A stretch of DNA of 64,000 nt, taken from an uncultured Ignavibacteriales bacterium (lineage in GTDB: Bacteria; Zixibacteria; MSB-5A5; GN15; FEB-12). The notes below the pieces were generated by a model. It did not search any database and was not told where the DNA came from. It saw nothing but the letters and a program-made list of their open reading frames with translations. Location of the stretch: NCBI GenBank assembly GCA_964544635.1, contig CAZJCK010000007.1, forward strand, positions 434 to 64,433. The letters are read 5' to 3'. Both the position numbers and the translations under genes were made by a program. This document shows positions 29,613 to 39,801 of this stretch, one piece after another (positions within the stretch are counted from its first letter, which is position 1; the number at the start of each line of letters is the position of its first letter).

Positions 29613-30401
29613 TTACTCCTCTGTCTTTTTAAGCAAGATCGAGAAAACAGCCCCACCGTCGGGATGATCGTCGGCGAAGACCGTTCCCCCCATGCCTGTG
29701 GCGGCCAGTTTACAAAAGTACAATCCCAGCCCGACACCACGGTGCTTGCCTTCGGCACGCAGGCGTGCCTGGCCAAACTTTTCAAACAGCTCGTGCGGTT
29801 CAATCCCACCCAGACCGTCACCGGAGTCCTTGATATGAATAACCAGCGAGGTCTCACCAGTCTCCGTGTAAACGTCGACCTGGGAACCGGCAGGGGTATG
29901 TCGGATGGCGTTGAACAGCAGGTTGTCGAGCATCCGTTTCAGCAACTCGGGATCGGCCTGCACCGAGACATTTCCGTCCACCTTCGAGCAGCCAACCGAA
30001 ACATTGTTCTGTTCCGCCGAGGCACCGGCCAGCAGGACCGCCTCGGCCAGCGACGGGCCTACCTGCACCGACGACATCCGGACCGGCAGGCCCTGGCTGC
30101 CGGAGCGAACCACCGACAGGATATCATACAGGATGGTCTCGGCGCGATCGAGCGCGATACGGGAGGCATGGACCAGATTGCGATGTTTTTCGGAGTCCGG
30201 CTCGAGGCGCCGTTCATCCAGCAGCTTCAATACATACTTGACCGACGCCAGCGGCGATTCCAGGTCGTGAATAAACAACGAGAATATCTCCAGCCAGCGA
30301 TCGGCTTGCTGGTCCGATGTAGAATCCGGTCGATTCAAAACAGCCCCCGTACTCTCATGTGTAGCCATGGCACCCTTTTGTGTTTCAGGCTTCATATACA
30401 C
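29613..30401 (-). CDS. Soluble minimal histidine kinase (DHp plus CA only, no sensor domain)
   Basis: H-box FIHDLESPL about 45 aa from the N-terminus, N-box LLFNAIRHT, G1 DSGDGL, G2 GVGLGLYF. No TM or recognisable input domain. Stop is 6 nt before the cheV start. Confidence 0.75.
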   Translation of the reverse strand: MYMKPETQKGAMATHESTGAVLNRPDSTSDQQADRWLEIFSLFIHDLESPLASVKYVLKLLDERRLEPDSEKHRNLVHASRIALDRAETILYDILSVVRSGSQGLPVRMSSVQVGPSLAEAVLLAGASAEQNNVSVGCSKVDGNVSVQADPELLKRMLDNLLFNAIRHTPAGSQVDVYTETGETSLVIHIKDSGDGLGGIEPHELFEKFGQARLRAEGKHRGVGLGLYFCKLAATGMGGTVFADDHPDGGAVFSILLKKTEE

Positions 30402-30471
30402 TTATGATATCGGCTGGTCGGGTGGATTGGTCCACCCCGAGGCGGGCTGTTTTTGGATCAGGACAACCGTT

Positions 30472-32676
30472 TTACTGCAGGTCGAGGCGGCTCAGACGGA
30501 GAGAATTGCTGACCACGAAGACCGAAGAGAAGGCCATGGCAGCTGCCGCCACGGTGGGCGAGAGGGACAGGCCCAGCGGCGCATAGAGGGCGCCGGCGGC
30601 GATTGGAATGGCCAAGACATTGTAGAAAAACGCCCAAAACAGGTTTTGTTTTATCAGGCGCACGCCCGCATGGGCTACCTTAAACATCGGCTTCAGACGG
30701 GTCAGATCCGACCGCACCAGGACTACATCAGCAGCCTCCATGGCGACATCGGTGCCGCTGCTGACGGCTATGCCAACGTCGGCGGCCGCCAGGGCCGGGG
30801 CGTCGTTGATGCCGTCACCGACCATCGCCACCTTCAGTCCCACCTTGCCGTACGATTCGACAATCGTCTTTTTCTGCTCCGGTTTGATCTCCGCCTCGAA
30901 CTGTTCGATTCCGAGCGAGCGCGCCACTCCCGACGCCGTGCGGTAGCCGTCACCGGAAAGCATGGCGATCCGTTTCATCAGCGGGCGGAGTTCTTTGATG
31001 GCGTCGCGCGATTCATTGCGGACCCGATCGGCCAGCGCAATCAAGCCGACCACCTCGGCGTCGAGGGCCACGAACACCACTGTCCGTCCTTTGTCCATCT
31101 GGGCTTCGGACTGATCTATACAGGTCTCGATGTTCACGTTTTCCTGCTTCATGAGCGAACGGTTGCCGATAAGCAATTTCTTGCCGTCGTAGTCACCGGT
31201 AACGCCGAAGCCGGGCACGGCGGTGACCCGTTGTACTTTGAGCGGCTTGACCGCCTGCGCTTCCATCCGCTTTACGATCGCCCGGGCCAGCGGATGCTCC
31301 GACTGCGCCTCCAGGGAACCGGCCAGCCTGAGGACCGACAGTTCATCGGCGCTCCCCTGCGGGACAATCGCCACCACCTCGAGCTTGCCATAGGTGAGGG
31401 TGCCGGTCTTATCAAACACAATGGTATCGACTTCGGTCAGTCGCTGCAGGACATCGCCGCCGCGAATAATGATGCCTTCCCGGGCGGCACGGCCGGTAGC
31501 GGCCATAATGGCGGTCGGCGTCGCCAGCCCGAGGGCGCACGGGCAGGCGATGATCAACACCGCCACACCATGCTTCATGGTCAGCAGGGCGTCACCGGAT
31601 ATCAGCGTCCACGCCACGATGGTGATCAGTGCCACGCTCATGACGATCGGTACAAAAATACCGGCAATGCGGTCGGCCAGGTTCTGGATCGGCGCTTTGC
31701 GGCTCTGCGCCTCGGTAACCAGCCGAATCATCTGCGACAGAAAACTCTTCTCGCCAGTGGCCGTCACCTTCATCTTTATTGAAGAGTTTCCGTTAACGGA
31801 CCCCCCAAGCACCAGCGCCCCTTCCGACTTTTCAACCGGCAGCGACTCACCGGTCAACATCGACTCATCGACCGCCGTCTGCCCCTCGACAATCTCGCCG
31901 TCCGCCGGTATCCGTTCACCCGGCTTGACCAGCAGCAGCATGTCCGGCTGCACCGCGGCAGCGTCAACTTCCACCGTCACGTCATTGATAAGGGCGGTCG
32001 TTTTGGCGGGGCGCAGTTTCATCAGGGCACGGATGGCCGCTCCGGCCCGACCCTTTTGTCGAGCCTCGAGAAACCGTCCCAACAGGATGAGGCTGATGAT
32101 CATGCCGACCGAGTCGAAAAAGAGTGCTTCCGGCGCCGGGCTGGCCACCGAGGTCAATGATGCCGTCGACCAGAGAAACGCGGCCAGCGTGCCCAGCGCG
32201 ATCAGCGAGTTCATATTGGCCCGAAGGTGTCTTGTCTGAATCCAGGCATCGGTGATAATACCACCCCCCGGCCAGGCCAGGACAGCCGCTGCCAGCAGGA
32301 ACTGAATCCAGCCGTCAATAACCGGCGACACCATCTGGTCGCCGAACAGCATCGGCGCCATCGCTACTGCCATGAGCGGCACCGACAGGACGACGGCGTT
32401 GCGCAGCTTGATCAGCGCCCGGTGCTGCTCCAGGTCGGCCTGTTCAGCCGGGTCGGCCTCACCCGACTCGGCGCTGAAGCCGAGCTGCTTTATCTTGTCG
32501 ATGATGGCGTCATCAGTGGCCCGTTCATACACCGATATCCGTGCCGAGTTGGTCGCCAGATTGACCGACGCCTGCTCGACATCCGGCAGCGAGCGCAGTC
32601 CCTGCTCGATGTTGCTAACGCAGGAGGCGCAGTGCATACCGCCGATCTTGAGATGAATGTCACGGGTTGTAGCCAT
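30472..32676 (-). CDS. copA: Copper-translocating P1B-type ATPase
   Basis: HMA motif GMHCASC, CPC motif [12 protein letters not shown], phosphorylation site DKTGTLT, hinge [10 protein letters not shown]. Confidence 0.93.
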   Translation of the reverse strand: MATTRDIHLKIGGMHCASCVSNIEQGLRSLPDVEQASVNLATNSARISVYERATDDAIIDKIKQLGFSAESGEADPAEQADLEQHRALIKLRNAVVLSVPLMAVAMAPMLFGDQMVSPVIDGWIQFLLAAAVLAWPGGGIITDAWIQTRHLRANMNSLIALGTLAAFLWSTASLTSVASPAPEALFFDSVGMIISLILLGRFLEARQKGRAGAAIRALMKLRPAKTTALINDVTVEVDAAAVQPDMLLLVKPGERIPADGEIVEGQTAVDESMLTGESLPVEKSEGALVLGGSVNGNSSIKMKVTATGEKSFLSQMIRLVTEAQSRKAPIQNLADRIAGIFVPIVMSVALITIVAWTLISGDALLTMKHGVAVLIIACPCALGLATPTAIMAATGRAAREGIIIRGGDVLQRLTEVDTIVFDKTGTLTYGKLEVVAIVPQGSADELSVLRLAGSLEAQSEHPLARAIVKRMEAQAVKPLKVQRVTAVPGFGVTGDYDGKKLLIGNRSLMKQENVNIETCIDQSEAQMDKGRTVVFVALDAEVVGLIALADRVRNESRDAIKELRPLMKRIAMLSGDGYRTASGVARSLGIEQFEAEIKPEQKKTIVESYGKVGLKVAMVGDGINDAPALAAADVGIAVSSGTDVAMEAADVVLVRSDLTRLKPMFKVAHAGVRLIKQNLFWAFFYNVLAIPIAAGALYAPLGLSLSPTVAAAAMAFSSVFVVSNSLRLSRLDLQ

Positions 32677-32734
32677 GGGAGACAGTTATACGTGCCACCA
32701 CCGGGGGCAACACAAACATTTTTTTGACATGAGG

Positions 32735-33355
32735 TCAGCGTATGCCCAGGAGCATGAGCAGTTGCGGACAGCGCCGCGTCAGCTCCTTGCGCACCTTGCT
32801 GCGGGCGCGGTGAAGATACCAGCGGACAGTGGCTTCCGGCATCTGCATCATGTGGGCCACATCGTCGATCTTCCGTCCCTGGACATCGCGCAGCAGAAAC
32901 GCTGAACGCTGCTTTTCGTTGAGCTTGTCGGCTGCCTCGAAGATGTGCTCCTCGATTCGGCTGCGCAGGTAGTCGAATTCGGGGTCGGTTTGCAGGCTGT
33001 CGAGCTTCTCGTGCAGGTCGTCAATTTGTTCATGACGGTGCCGCTTGTGCTTGCGGATGTAATCAATCGAGGCGTTGACGGTGATGCGGTACAGCCAGGT
33101 GTAGAACTTCCTCTTTTCGTCATACCGCCAGATGTTGTCGGAGACCTTGACAAAGACATTCTGGGTGATGTCGGCAGCTTCATCATAATCGTTCACCATC
33201 TTGTAGGCCAGAGCGGCTACCTGGGAACGGTACTTCTTGACCAACTCACTGAAAGCGCGCTGATTCCCGCGCTTGATTTCGGCTACCAGCTCTTTCGTGC
33301 GCTGCTCGTCATCATCTCTGATAGCCTGCTGTCCGGTACGTCGAGTCATGTTCAC
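32735..33355 (-). CDS. ECF-family RNA polymerase sigma factor
   Basis: Region 2 (..DITQNVFVKVSDNIWRYDEKRKFYTWLYRITVNASIDYIRK) and region 4 (..QRSAFLLRDVQGRKIDDVAHMMQMPEATVRWYLHRARSKV). Confidence 0.9.
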   Translation of the reverse strand: MNMTRRTGQQAIRDDDEQRTKELVAEIKRGNQRAFSELVKKYRSQVAALAYKMVNDYDEAADITQNVFVKVSDNIWRYDEKRKFYTWLYRITVNASIDYIRKHKRHRHEQIDDLHEKLDSLQTDPEFDYLRSRIEEHIFEAADKLNEKQRSAFLLRDVQGRKIDDVAHMMQMPEATVRWYLHRARSKVRKELTRRCPQLLMLLGIR

Positions 33356-33510
33356 ATCCTTTGCTGTCCGCTATCGAAGAATACAACAATGGCCCAAATT
33401 AGCCGGTTCCGGAATTCGGAACGGTCCGTACGAATGTTCGTCGGCTGGTTCCCAAACAAAAAACGCCCGCCGAAGGGCGGGCGCTTAACAGATCTGTTGC
33501 TTGTCGGCGC

Positions 33511-34416
33511 TTAGTTCAGGTCGTTCAGTACGAACTTCATGGGATTGAGGAATTGGCCGTTGCGTGAGATTTCATAGTGCAGGTGCGGTCCGGTCGAATG
33601 GCCGGTGCTGCCCATCATGGCGATGATATCCCCCCGCTTTACCCGCATTCCGGAGTGAACTTTGTATTCCGACAGGTGACCGTAGCGAGTCTGGAAGCCG
33701 TAACCGTGGTTGATGACCACCGTCTTACCCAGCGCGCCGTTCTTGCCGACAAACTTGACCACGCCATCGGCCGGCGCTATGACGGCGGTACCGTTGTGAT
33801 TGGCGATGTCGACTCCGCGGTGCATCTGCTTCACGCCCGTAAACGGGTCGTACTTCATGCCGTAGCCGCGAGACAGCCAGCCCTTGGTCGGCCAGATCGA
33901 CGGTGTGTGGGCGAGCCGATCGGCAATCGATTCCAGTTCCTGCTCGACCTCAGTGTATTTTGTAATCTCGAATTCCGACAGCTTCAGGAGGCGATCTAAT
34001 TGCTTCTCAGTGACGAAGGCCGATTTCTCGGCCGGTGACATGTTGGCCACCGCCGGACTGGTCGGACCACCCACACCAAGCTGGCGCTCTTCCGGGTCGA
34101 TCTCCGGCACGCCGAACAGCGAGCGGATGCGGACTTCCTTTTCAACCAGATCCTGGTACCGATCCTCTACCTCTGCCAGATTCCAGCGCAGCTCCTCGAA
34201 CTTGCCTTTCAGGTCCTGGTTCTCCGAGCGCAGCTGGTTCAGTTCCTTCTCAGAAACTTTCTGGTCAATGAAAACGATTGAGAGAACGAGACTGGAGATA
34301 GCCAGCACCAGGATGCCGGCGATGGTCGAGTAGATAAGCGCGACCGGGATGCGCAGTTGTCGCGGCTCGCCCTGTTTGTCAGGGATCAGCATTAATGTCA
34401 GTTTGTTCTTCCACAT
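33511..34416 (-). CDS. M23-family metallopeptidase with N-terminal TM and coiled coil
   Basis: HRGVDIA......GHSTGPHLHYEI catalytic motifs, N-terminal membrane anchor. Confidence 0.88.
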   Translation of the reverse strand: MWKNKLTLMLIPDKQGEPRQLRIPVALIYSTIAGILVLAISSLVLSIVFIDQKVSEKELNQLRSENQDLKGKFEELRWNLAEVEDRYQDLVEKEVRIRSLFGVPEIDPEERQLGVGGPTSPAVANMSPAEKSAFVTEKQLDRLLKLSEFEITKYTEVEQELESIADRLAHTPSIWPTKGWLSRGYGMKYDPFTGVKQMHRGVDIANHNGTAVIAPADGVVKFVGKNGALGKTVVINHGYGFQTRYGHLSEYKVHSGMRVKRGDIIAMMGSTGHSTGPHLHYEISRNGQFLNPMKFVLNDLN

Positions 34417-34556
34417 ATCCGTTGTCTTACTGGAGTACCGTTGTAAAACGTCTCAGGTTAGCCGACGTTCCTGTTATCGTTGTCGGCCTGGCCGAATTAA
34501 GACTCGAAAGTACTATACGAATGGCCGGAGGTCAAGTTTATCTTTCTACGGCGCAC

Positions 34557-34706
34557 CTACTTAATCAGGACGTATTCTTTGCGCAGAACCTTATTTACCG
34601 TTCTGACAAGCTTTTCCGTGTCCATCGTTTGCAGGCTGTACAGGTGCCAGTACGTCTTCTTCGGTAGTCCGAGGCTCCCAAGTTTCTTCTTGTCTTTCGC
34701 TTTCAT
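34557..34706 (-). CDS. Small basic hypothetical protein (49 aa)
   Basis: ATG at 34706 preceded by GAGGA at 5 nt. MKAKDKKKLGSLGLPKKTYWHLYS... No family recognised; may not be a real gene. Confidence 0.3.
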   Translation of the reverse strand: MKAKDKKKLGSLGLPKKTYWHLYSLQTMDTEKLVRTVNKVLRKEYVLIK

Positions 34707-34993
34707 TGTGTCCTCGTTGGGCAGGCACCACCCGCTCAGCAAGGACATTTGTCTCCATATACTGTATCGGGCAGATGCAACAGACGGTTTAGTTCTCCGT
34801 TACACTTATTTGCAGGTCTGGTGCCAAAAACAGGGCCGCACTGGGCAAAGTTTGAACAGAGTCAAGTGATTGCAGAGAAATAAGTTAACCGCCTTTGATG
34901 AGCATTCGGGCCGAAACCGCTATCGACTATAGGGCATTGCCTGTCGGAACACTCCCATAGATTTCGCCCTTTCTGAAGAGGTTTGCAGAGCCG

Positions 34994-35022
34994 TTGACGG
35001 CTCCGTAAGGGCAGTGTACATT
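34994..35022 (+). promoter_or_regulatory. Sigma70-type promoter for the SDR gene
   Basis: TTGACG (34994-34999), 17 nt spacer, TACATT (35017-35022). Confidence 0.4.
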
Positions 35023-35066
35023 GCCCACAGTGAAAAACCGACACAGCCACCGAAAGGGATCTGTCC

Positions 35067-35831
35067 ATGTCCAACTTGAAAGATAAGCTCGTATTTATCA
35101 CCGGTGCCTCGGCCGGGATCGGCGAGGCCTGCGCCCGGGCGTTCGCCAACGAGGGCGCCAAGCTGGTTCTGGCCGCCCGGCGCAAAGAGCGCCTGGAAGA
35201 GCTGGCTGACACGCTGAAAACCGACGTCCACCTGGTCCAGCTGGATGTTACCGACCGTCATGGTGTCGAGAAGGCTGTCGCCGCCATCCCGGAAGAGTTT
35301 AAGGCGATCGATGTACTCATCAACAACGCCGGCAAGGGGCGCGGTTTGGAGAAGATTCATGAGGGGAATCCCGACGACTGGGACGAAATGATCGACACCA
35401 ACGTGAAGGGCCTTCTCTATGTCAGCCGGGCGGTCATTCCCGGGATGGTCGAGCGCGGCCGTGGGACGGTTATCAATATCGGCTCGATCGCCGGGCATTT
35501 GGTCTACCCCAACGGCAATGTATATTGCGCCACCAAACATGCCGTCGGCGCCCTCACCGACGGTATGCGTATCGACCTGTACGACACGCCGATCCGGGTG
35601 AGTACGATCGACCCCGGCCTGGTCGAGACTGAATTCTCGCTGGTTCGCTTCGATGGCGACGCCGAGCGGGCGAAAAAGACCTACCAGGGTTACAAGCCGT
35701 TGACCGGCGACGATATCGCCGACGCCGCCGTCTGGATCGCCTCCCGCCCCGACCATGTCGTCCCGGCCCAGATTGTCATGCTGCCGAGCGCCCAGGCCAA
35801 CGCCTATGTGCTCGATAAGAAAACCGAATAG
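35067..35831 (+). CDS. Short-chain dehydrogenase/reductase (YdfG-like NADP-dependent)
   Basis: ITGASAGIGEA cofactor motif, NNAG, catalytic YCATKHA. Confidence 0.9.
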   Translation: MSNLKDKLVFITGASAGIGEACARAFANEGAKLVLAARRKERLEELADTLKTDVHLVQLDVTDRHGVEKAVAAIPEEFKAIDVLINNAGKGRGLEKIHEGNPDDWDEMIDTNVKGLLYVSRAVIPGMVERGRGTVINIGSIAGHLVYPNGNVYCATKHAVGALTDGMRIDLYDTPIRVSTIDPGLVETEFSLVRFDGDAERAKKTYQGYKPLTGDDIADAAVWIASRPDHVVPAQIVMLPSAQANAYVLDKKTE

Positions 35832-35841
35832 GGGAATCCGG

Positions 35842-36204
35842 ATGAATACCAGTAAAGATGTCGACGCTTATATCAAGAAGGCGCCGAAGGAGCAGCAGGA
35901 ACGATTGTGGGAGCTGCGCCGGATGATCGAGTTTACGGTGCCCGACGCCGCCGAAACGATGGGCGACCACTTTCCAGTCTATACGATCCGGGACGAGTGG
36001 CTGTGCGGCTTCGCCTGCCGCGCCAAGGGCGTGATGTTCTACCTGATGAACTCGGAGATCATCGACGAACACAAAGATGAACTGGGGAGTCTGGTCGATG
36101 GTGAGTCGTGCCTGAAGTACAAGGCGACCAAAGACCGCTCGCTTGACGAGCTGCGTGACCTGTATTCGACGATGCTGCGCGACGCCGCCGAGGACATGCG
36201 GTAA
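35842..36204 (+). CDS. DUF1801 (YdhG-like) domain protein
   Basis: ATG at 35842 (MNTSKDVDAYIKKAPKEQQERLWELRRMIE..) after aggggaa RBS. The track ORF's 5' extension overlaps the SDR gene. Confidence 0.7.
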   Translation: MNTSKDVDAYIKKAPKEQQERLWELRRMIEFTVPDAAETMGDHFPVYTIRDEWLCGFACRAKGVMFYLMNSEIIDEHKDELGSLVDGESCLKYKATKDRSLDELRDLYSTMLRDAAEDMR

Positions 36205-36285
36205 CATTTCGGCCGGTCCCCACGGGCCGAAGATCCGCCTGCCCCGGACGTGATCAGGGGGGACCCATCTTTCGCTTCGATACAA

Positions 36286-36317
36286 AGAAAAACGGCGGGT
36301 CGAACCAACCCGCCGTT
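36286..36317 (-). terminator. Rho-independent terminator after the MCP gene
   Basis: Minus strand: aacggcggg-ttggttcga-cccgccgtt followed by tttt. Confidence 0.7.
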
Positions 36318-36348
36318 CATGGTCGCTGCCGCCAACCACTGAGAAAGC

Positions 36349-38808
36349 CTACGCGTTCACCGTACTATTCATATGCGCGGCCAGCTCCTCAAGCCTGGCG
36401 ATGACATCATGCGAGGCCTCTTCCGCCTGCTCGGCCAGGGCCCGGGCCGCCTCCTCATTGCCGTGCTTCAGGGCATCGACCGCCTGATTGGCCAGTTCGT
36501 GAATCCGTTTGTGCGGGTTCTCGATACCGGTAAAGGCCGCATCGCCGCGCAATTCCGAGGCGGCATTGGAGTAGTACCACTTGCCGAACCGGCAGGTCTG
36601 GTGGGTGGTGAAGTTCCAGTGCTCGGCATTCTGCGGTGATTTCACTGTCGAGTGCAGCTTCTTGACATACAGCCGGTGGTCCTGCTTGGCCAGCTCGACG
36701 ATACCGCTGTTGCCGCCCTTGATCTTGAAGTTCGACACCATGGTCCGAAGGCTCTCGGCCTGCTGATTCAGCTCTTCCGCGGCGGCGGCCGATTGTTCGG
36801 CGCCGGAAGCCGATTCGCGCGTGATTCCGGCAATGTGTTCAATGTTGCGGGAGATCTGCTCGGCGGCGGTCGACTGCTCTTCCGAGGCCGTGGCGATCTG
36901 CTGGATCATGTCCATCACTCGCTGTGACATCGAGACGATTTCACCCAGCGAGCTGCCGGCCTGGTCGGCCAGTTCACGACCCTTGTCGACCTGTTGAATA
37001 CCCGCCTCCATCCCTTCGACGGCGGCACTGGTATCAGTCTGAATACCCTTGATCATCTCGGTGATCTCGCCGGTCGCCTTGCCGGTTCGTTCGGCCAGCT
37101 TGCGTACTTCGTCGGCCACCACCGCAAAACCGCGCCCCTGCTCGCCGGCCCGGGCTGCTTCGATGGCGGCATTGAGCGCCAAAAGATTGGTCTGGTCGGC
37201 GATGTCGTCGATGACCCCAATGATCTCGCCAATCTGATCGGCCGAGGTCGCCAGCTTGGCGATCGCTTCGGCCGAATGGCGGACGGTGTCGGCGATCTGC
37301 TGCATGCCGGTGATCGTTTCGGACACTACCTGGCCGCCGGTCGAGGCGGTCTCGGAGGCGTTGGAGGCAGCGCCGGAAGCGTCACCGGCGTTCTTGGACG
37401 ACTCGACGATGGTGGCGGTCATCTGTTCGACGGCAGTCGACACCTGGGTAACCTGCTGGGTCTGGTCCTGCGCCCCGCGCGACATCTGCTCTGAGGACGA
37501 GGCGATTTCGGTCGCCGCCGAGACCAGTTCGCGGGCGTTGTCGGACAACTGCCGCACCATATTGTTCAGGTTGGCCGACATCCGCCGCAGCGAGATACTC
37601 ATGCGGTCCTTGGCTTCAAGCGTACTCTCAATCGCCTTTACCAGCACGCCGACCTCGTCTTTGCTGTCCAGCCCGATCTTTTCGAGTTGCGATTCCGGAA
37701 TCTCGCGGGTGAGATCGTTGGCGGCGATCGCCTCGACGGCGCTTTCCATTTCGGCGAATTCATGGTTCATCGCCTCGGTAGCATCGACCACCCTCTGGAT
37801 CGGCTTGCTGATACCGCGGGTAATGAAGAAGGCGGCGACGATACCAATGACGATGCCGATTGCCGACAACACAATCATCAGGAGGATCGACGTGTCCATC
37901 TGGGCATGAACCTCATCGGATGCTCCGCCAGCGTGCTCATGATAGTATGCTTTTAGCTCGTCGATGATTCCGCGCACTTCCTCAACAGCAGCCGTTGTTT
38001 CTTGATCGAAGATGGCGAGCGCCTTCTGCTGCTGTTCGCCGCTGTTTACCATCCAGGCGTCGGTCTTGCGATAGACGATTTCGAGCTCTTCCAGCGCCGG
38101 AAGGGTCTGCTGTTCGTAAATGTTTCGAGCGCCGTTCCAGTCGCCCTGGCGCTGGGCAGTCACGATCTCGGCCGCCGATTCGTGCAGATCGTTGTGAGGC
38201 GCCTCCCATTCCTTCAGGAGGGCACGGAACTCCGGATCGGTGCTGGAATAGGCATAGTACCACTTGCCAAAACCACACTGGTGCGGATCGACGCCGCCGT
38301 CAAATACCCGGCGCTCGAGGAGCGAACTGCTCAGCGATTTTATCCAGTCCAGGTGGTCAATCCAGCGCTGGGCCAGCAGGGTCTGCAGCGTCATGTCGAA
38401 GTTGATGTAATTTTCGTCGATCTTGACGGCGGTCTGGTGCAGACGAGCGTGCGGTTCCTCCAGTTTCTTCAACAGACCGGCCAGCTCAGGATCGGCTGCC
38501 GCCAGTTTCCGGGTCTCATCGGAGTAGAGCCACTCGCCCAGGCCGCACTTGTGGTCGTCCGTCTGAACGGTAACTGTATGAACGGCATCGTCAAGGAAGA
38601 GGTCCGAAAGCGCCGCCATCCAATTGAGATGATCAACTTCCTTCTCAATCAGGAAGGCCTGGTTTTCGTTGGCCGAGAGGGCCACCTCGATGCCATTGCC
38701 TATCAGATTGAAGCTGTTGTAATTGAAGCCGGCGACGACTAACAGGACCAGTAGAATTGTTCCGAATCCAAGCGCCAGCTTACGGCTGATCTTGAGGTTC
38801 TTTAGCAT
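36349..38808 (-). CDS. Methyl-accepting chemotaxis protein with three CZB (chemoreceptor zinc-binding) motifs
   Basis: TM1 aa 12-29, TM2 aa 306-330, HAMP, then the MA signalling domain (..[34 protein letters not shown]..). CZB-like motifs at aa 60-124, 152-209 and 711-770 (HxxW..CxLGxW..HxxxH). Confidence 0.9.
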   Translation of the reverse strand: MLKNLKISRKLALGFGTILLVLLVVAGFNYNSFNLIGNGIEVALSANENQAFLIEKEVDHLNWMAALSDLFLDDAVHTVTVQTDDHKCGLGEWLYSDETRKLAAADPELAGLLKKLEEPHARLHQTAVKIDENYINFDMTLQTLLAQRWIDHLDWIKSLSSSLLERRVFDGGVDPHQCGFGKWYYAYSSTDPEFRALLKEWEAPHNDLHESAAEIVTAQRQGDWNGARNIYEQQTLPALEELEIVYRKTDAWMVNSGEQQQKALAIFDQETTAAVEEVRGIIDELKAYYHEHAGGASDEVHAQMDTSILLMIVLSAIGIVIGIVAAFFITRGISKPIQRVVDATEAMNHEFAEMESAVEAIAANDLTREIPESQLEKIGLDSKDEVGVLVKAIESTLEAKDRMSISLRRMSANLNNMVRQLSDNARELVSAATEIASSSEQMSRGAQDQTQQVTQVSTAVEQMTATIVESSKNAGDASGAASNASETASTGGQVVSETITGMQQIADTVRHSAEAIAKLATSADQIGEIIGVIDDIADQTNLLALNAAIEAARAGEQGRGFAVVADEVRKLAERTGKATGEITEMIKGIQTDTSAAVEGMEAGIQQVDKGRELADQAGSSLGEIVSMSQRVMDMIQQIATASEEQSTAAEQISRNIEHIAGITRESASGAEQSAAAAEELNQQAESLRTMVSNFKIKGGNSGIVELAKQDHRLYVKKLHSTVKSPQNAEHWNFTTHQTCRFGKWYYSNAASELRGDAAFTGIENPHKRIHELANQAVDALKHGNEEAARALAEQAEEASHDVIARLEELAAHMNSTVNA

Positions 38809-38899
38809 TGACGTTCCCCTTTTCGTCCTCTATCGAGTTTTTGTTTATCGCCGAGTGCCATTATGCGCTGCCGAGCCGTCTTTTTCGGCCCTGAACTAC

Positions 38900-38927
38900 T
38901 TATCGGATTGGCGCTGCAAACGGATTA
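38900..38927 (-). promoter_or_regulatory. Possible sigma28 (FliA)-type promoter for the MCP gene
   Basis: Minus strand reads TAAT-N16-TCCGATAA (consensus TAAA-N15-GCCGATAA), about 90 nt upstream of the start at 38808. Confidence 0.3.
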
Positions 38928-39213
38928 CTCTGAATCGTCAGGTTTTTGCCGACGACAGCCGATTGTCATAAAGTTGGACAGGTGAATCGATCTTAGCGGG
39001 CCATACTTGTCCGCAATGCCGCTCCAACAGACATGACATGATGAAAATGTCAGGAGCCGCTGCGGCCAAAAGTAGACTAATGCAGTCGTGATTGCGTGTG
39101 ATCGCACAACAGAGAGAAAACTACGCAAAAGTAGCAAAAAGCGGTTGACCGAAATCAAGCCGGGTTGCATACTGAAACTCTTCCCGACAAACCAACACAG
39201 GAGAATACGATAC

Positions 39214-39729
39214 GTGGACTATTATGAAGGACTGATAAAGAACACCGAATTCTTCACGACCGCCGAGTTGGCCAAGAAACTGAAAATGAACGTACAGGTA
39301 ATCACACGGAAAGTGCAGGCGGGAGAAATATCCGCGTTCAAGATTGGTAAAGACTGGCGTATTCCGGAACAGTCGGTGTACGAGTGGCTGCAGCGCCAAA
39401 GCAATTCCTCTGGCGGTAATGGCTCATCGGCGCCGACCACCGAGAAGACTGCGAATTCGACCGGACGTCGCATGACTGCTCGCCGCGGCCCTGAGGATCC
39501 CCCGCCCAAACCGGCAACCCGAACTCACAGCGAGCGCAAATATCTGCTTGAATACATCCTCGCCCAGTTCGAACCGAATCGCAAATACAGCCAGGACGAG
39601 GTGGATCGTATCATTGGACGGTATCACTCTGATCTGGGTACGGTGCGTCGGGAGCTGGTCGGCGAAGGGATGATGGAGCAGGTGGACAACAGCTACCAGC
39701 GTCGCCCCGGCTACCGCGTCGCCGACTAA
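39214..39729 (+). CDS. Excisionase-family HTH plus DUF2087 domain protein (putative regulator)
   Basis: GTG at 39214 after aggaga RBS. FFTTAELAKKLKMNVQVITRKVQAGEISAFKIGKDWRIPEQSVYEWL (HTH_17-like). C-terminal ..YSQDEVDRIIGRYHSDLGTVRRELVGEGMM is DUF2087-like. Confidence 0.65.
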   Translation: MDYYEGLIKNTEFFTTAELAKKLKMNVQVITRKVQAGEISAFKIGKDWRIPEQSVYEWLQRQSNSSGGNGSSAPTTEKTANSTGRRMTARRGPEDPPPKPATRTHSERKYLLEYILAQFEPNRKYSQDEVDRIIGRYHSDLGTVRRELVGEGMMEQVDNSYQRRPGYRVAD

Positions 39730-39764
39730 TCGCACAGCACAGCACAGGGACCAACCAGACTACG

Positions 39765-39795
39765 AAAAAGGGCCTCCCGTCGGGGAGGCCCTTTT
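39765..39795. terminator. Bidirectional rho-independent terminator between convergent genes
   Basis: aaaaa-gggcctccc-gtcg-gggaggccc-tttt (stem 39770-39778 / 39783-39791). Confidence 0.75.
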
Positions 39796-39801
39796 AAGCA
39801 G

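Noticed and set aside
30367-31782. 471-aa plus-strand ORF
   Set aside because: Antisense to copA, whose P-type ATPase motifs are unambiguous. The translation is Arg/His/Gly-rich with no motifs.
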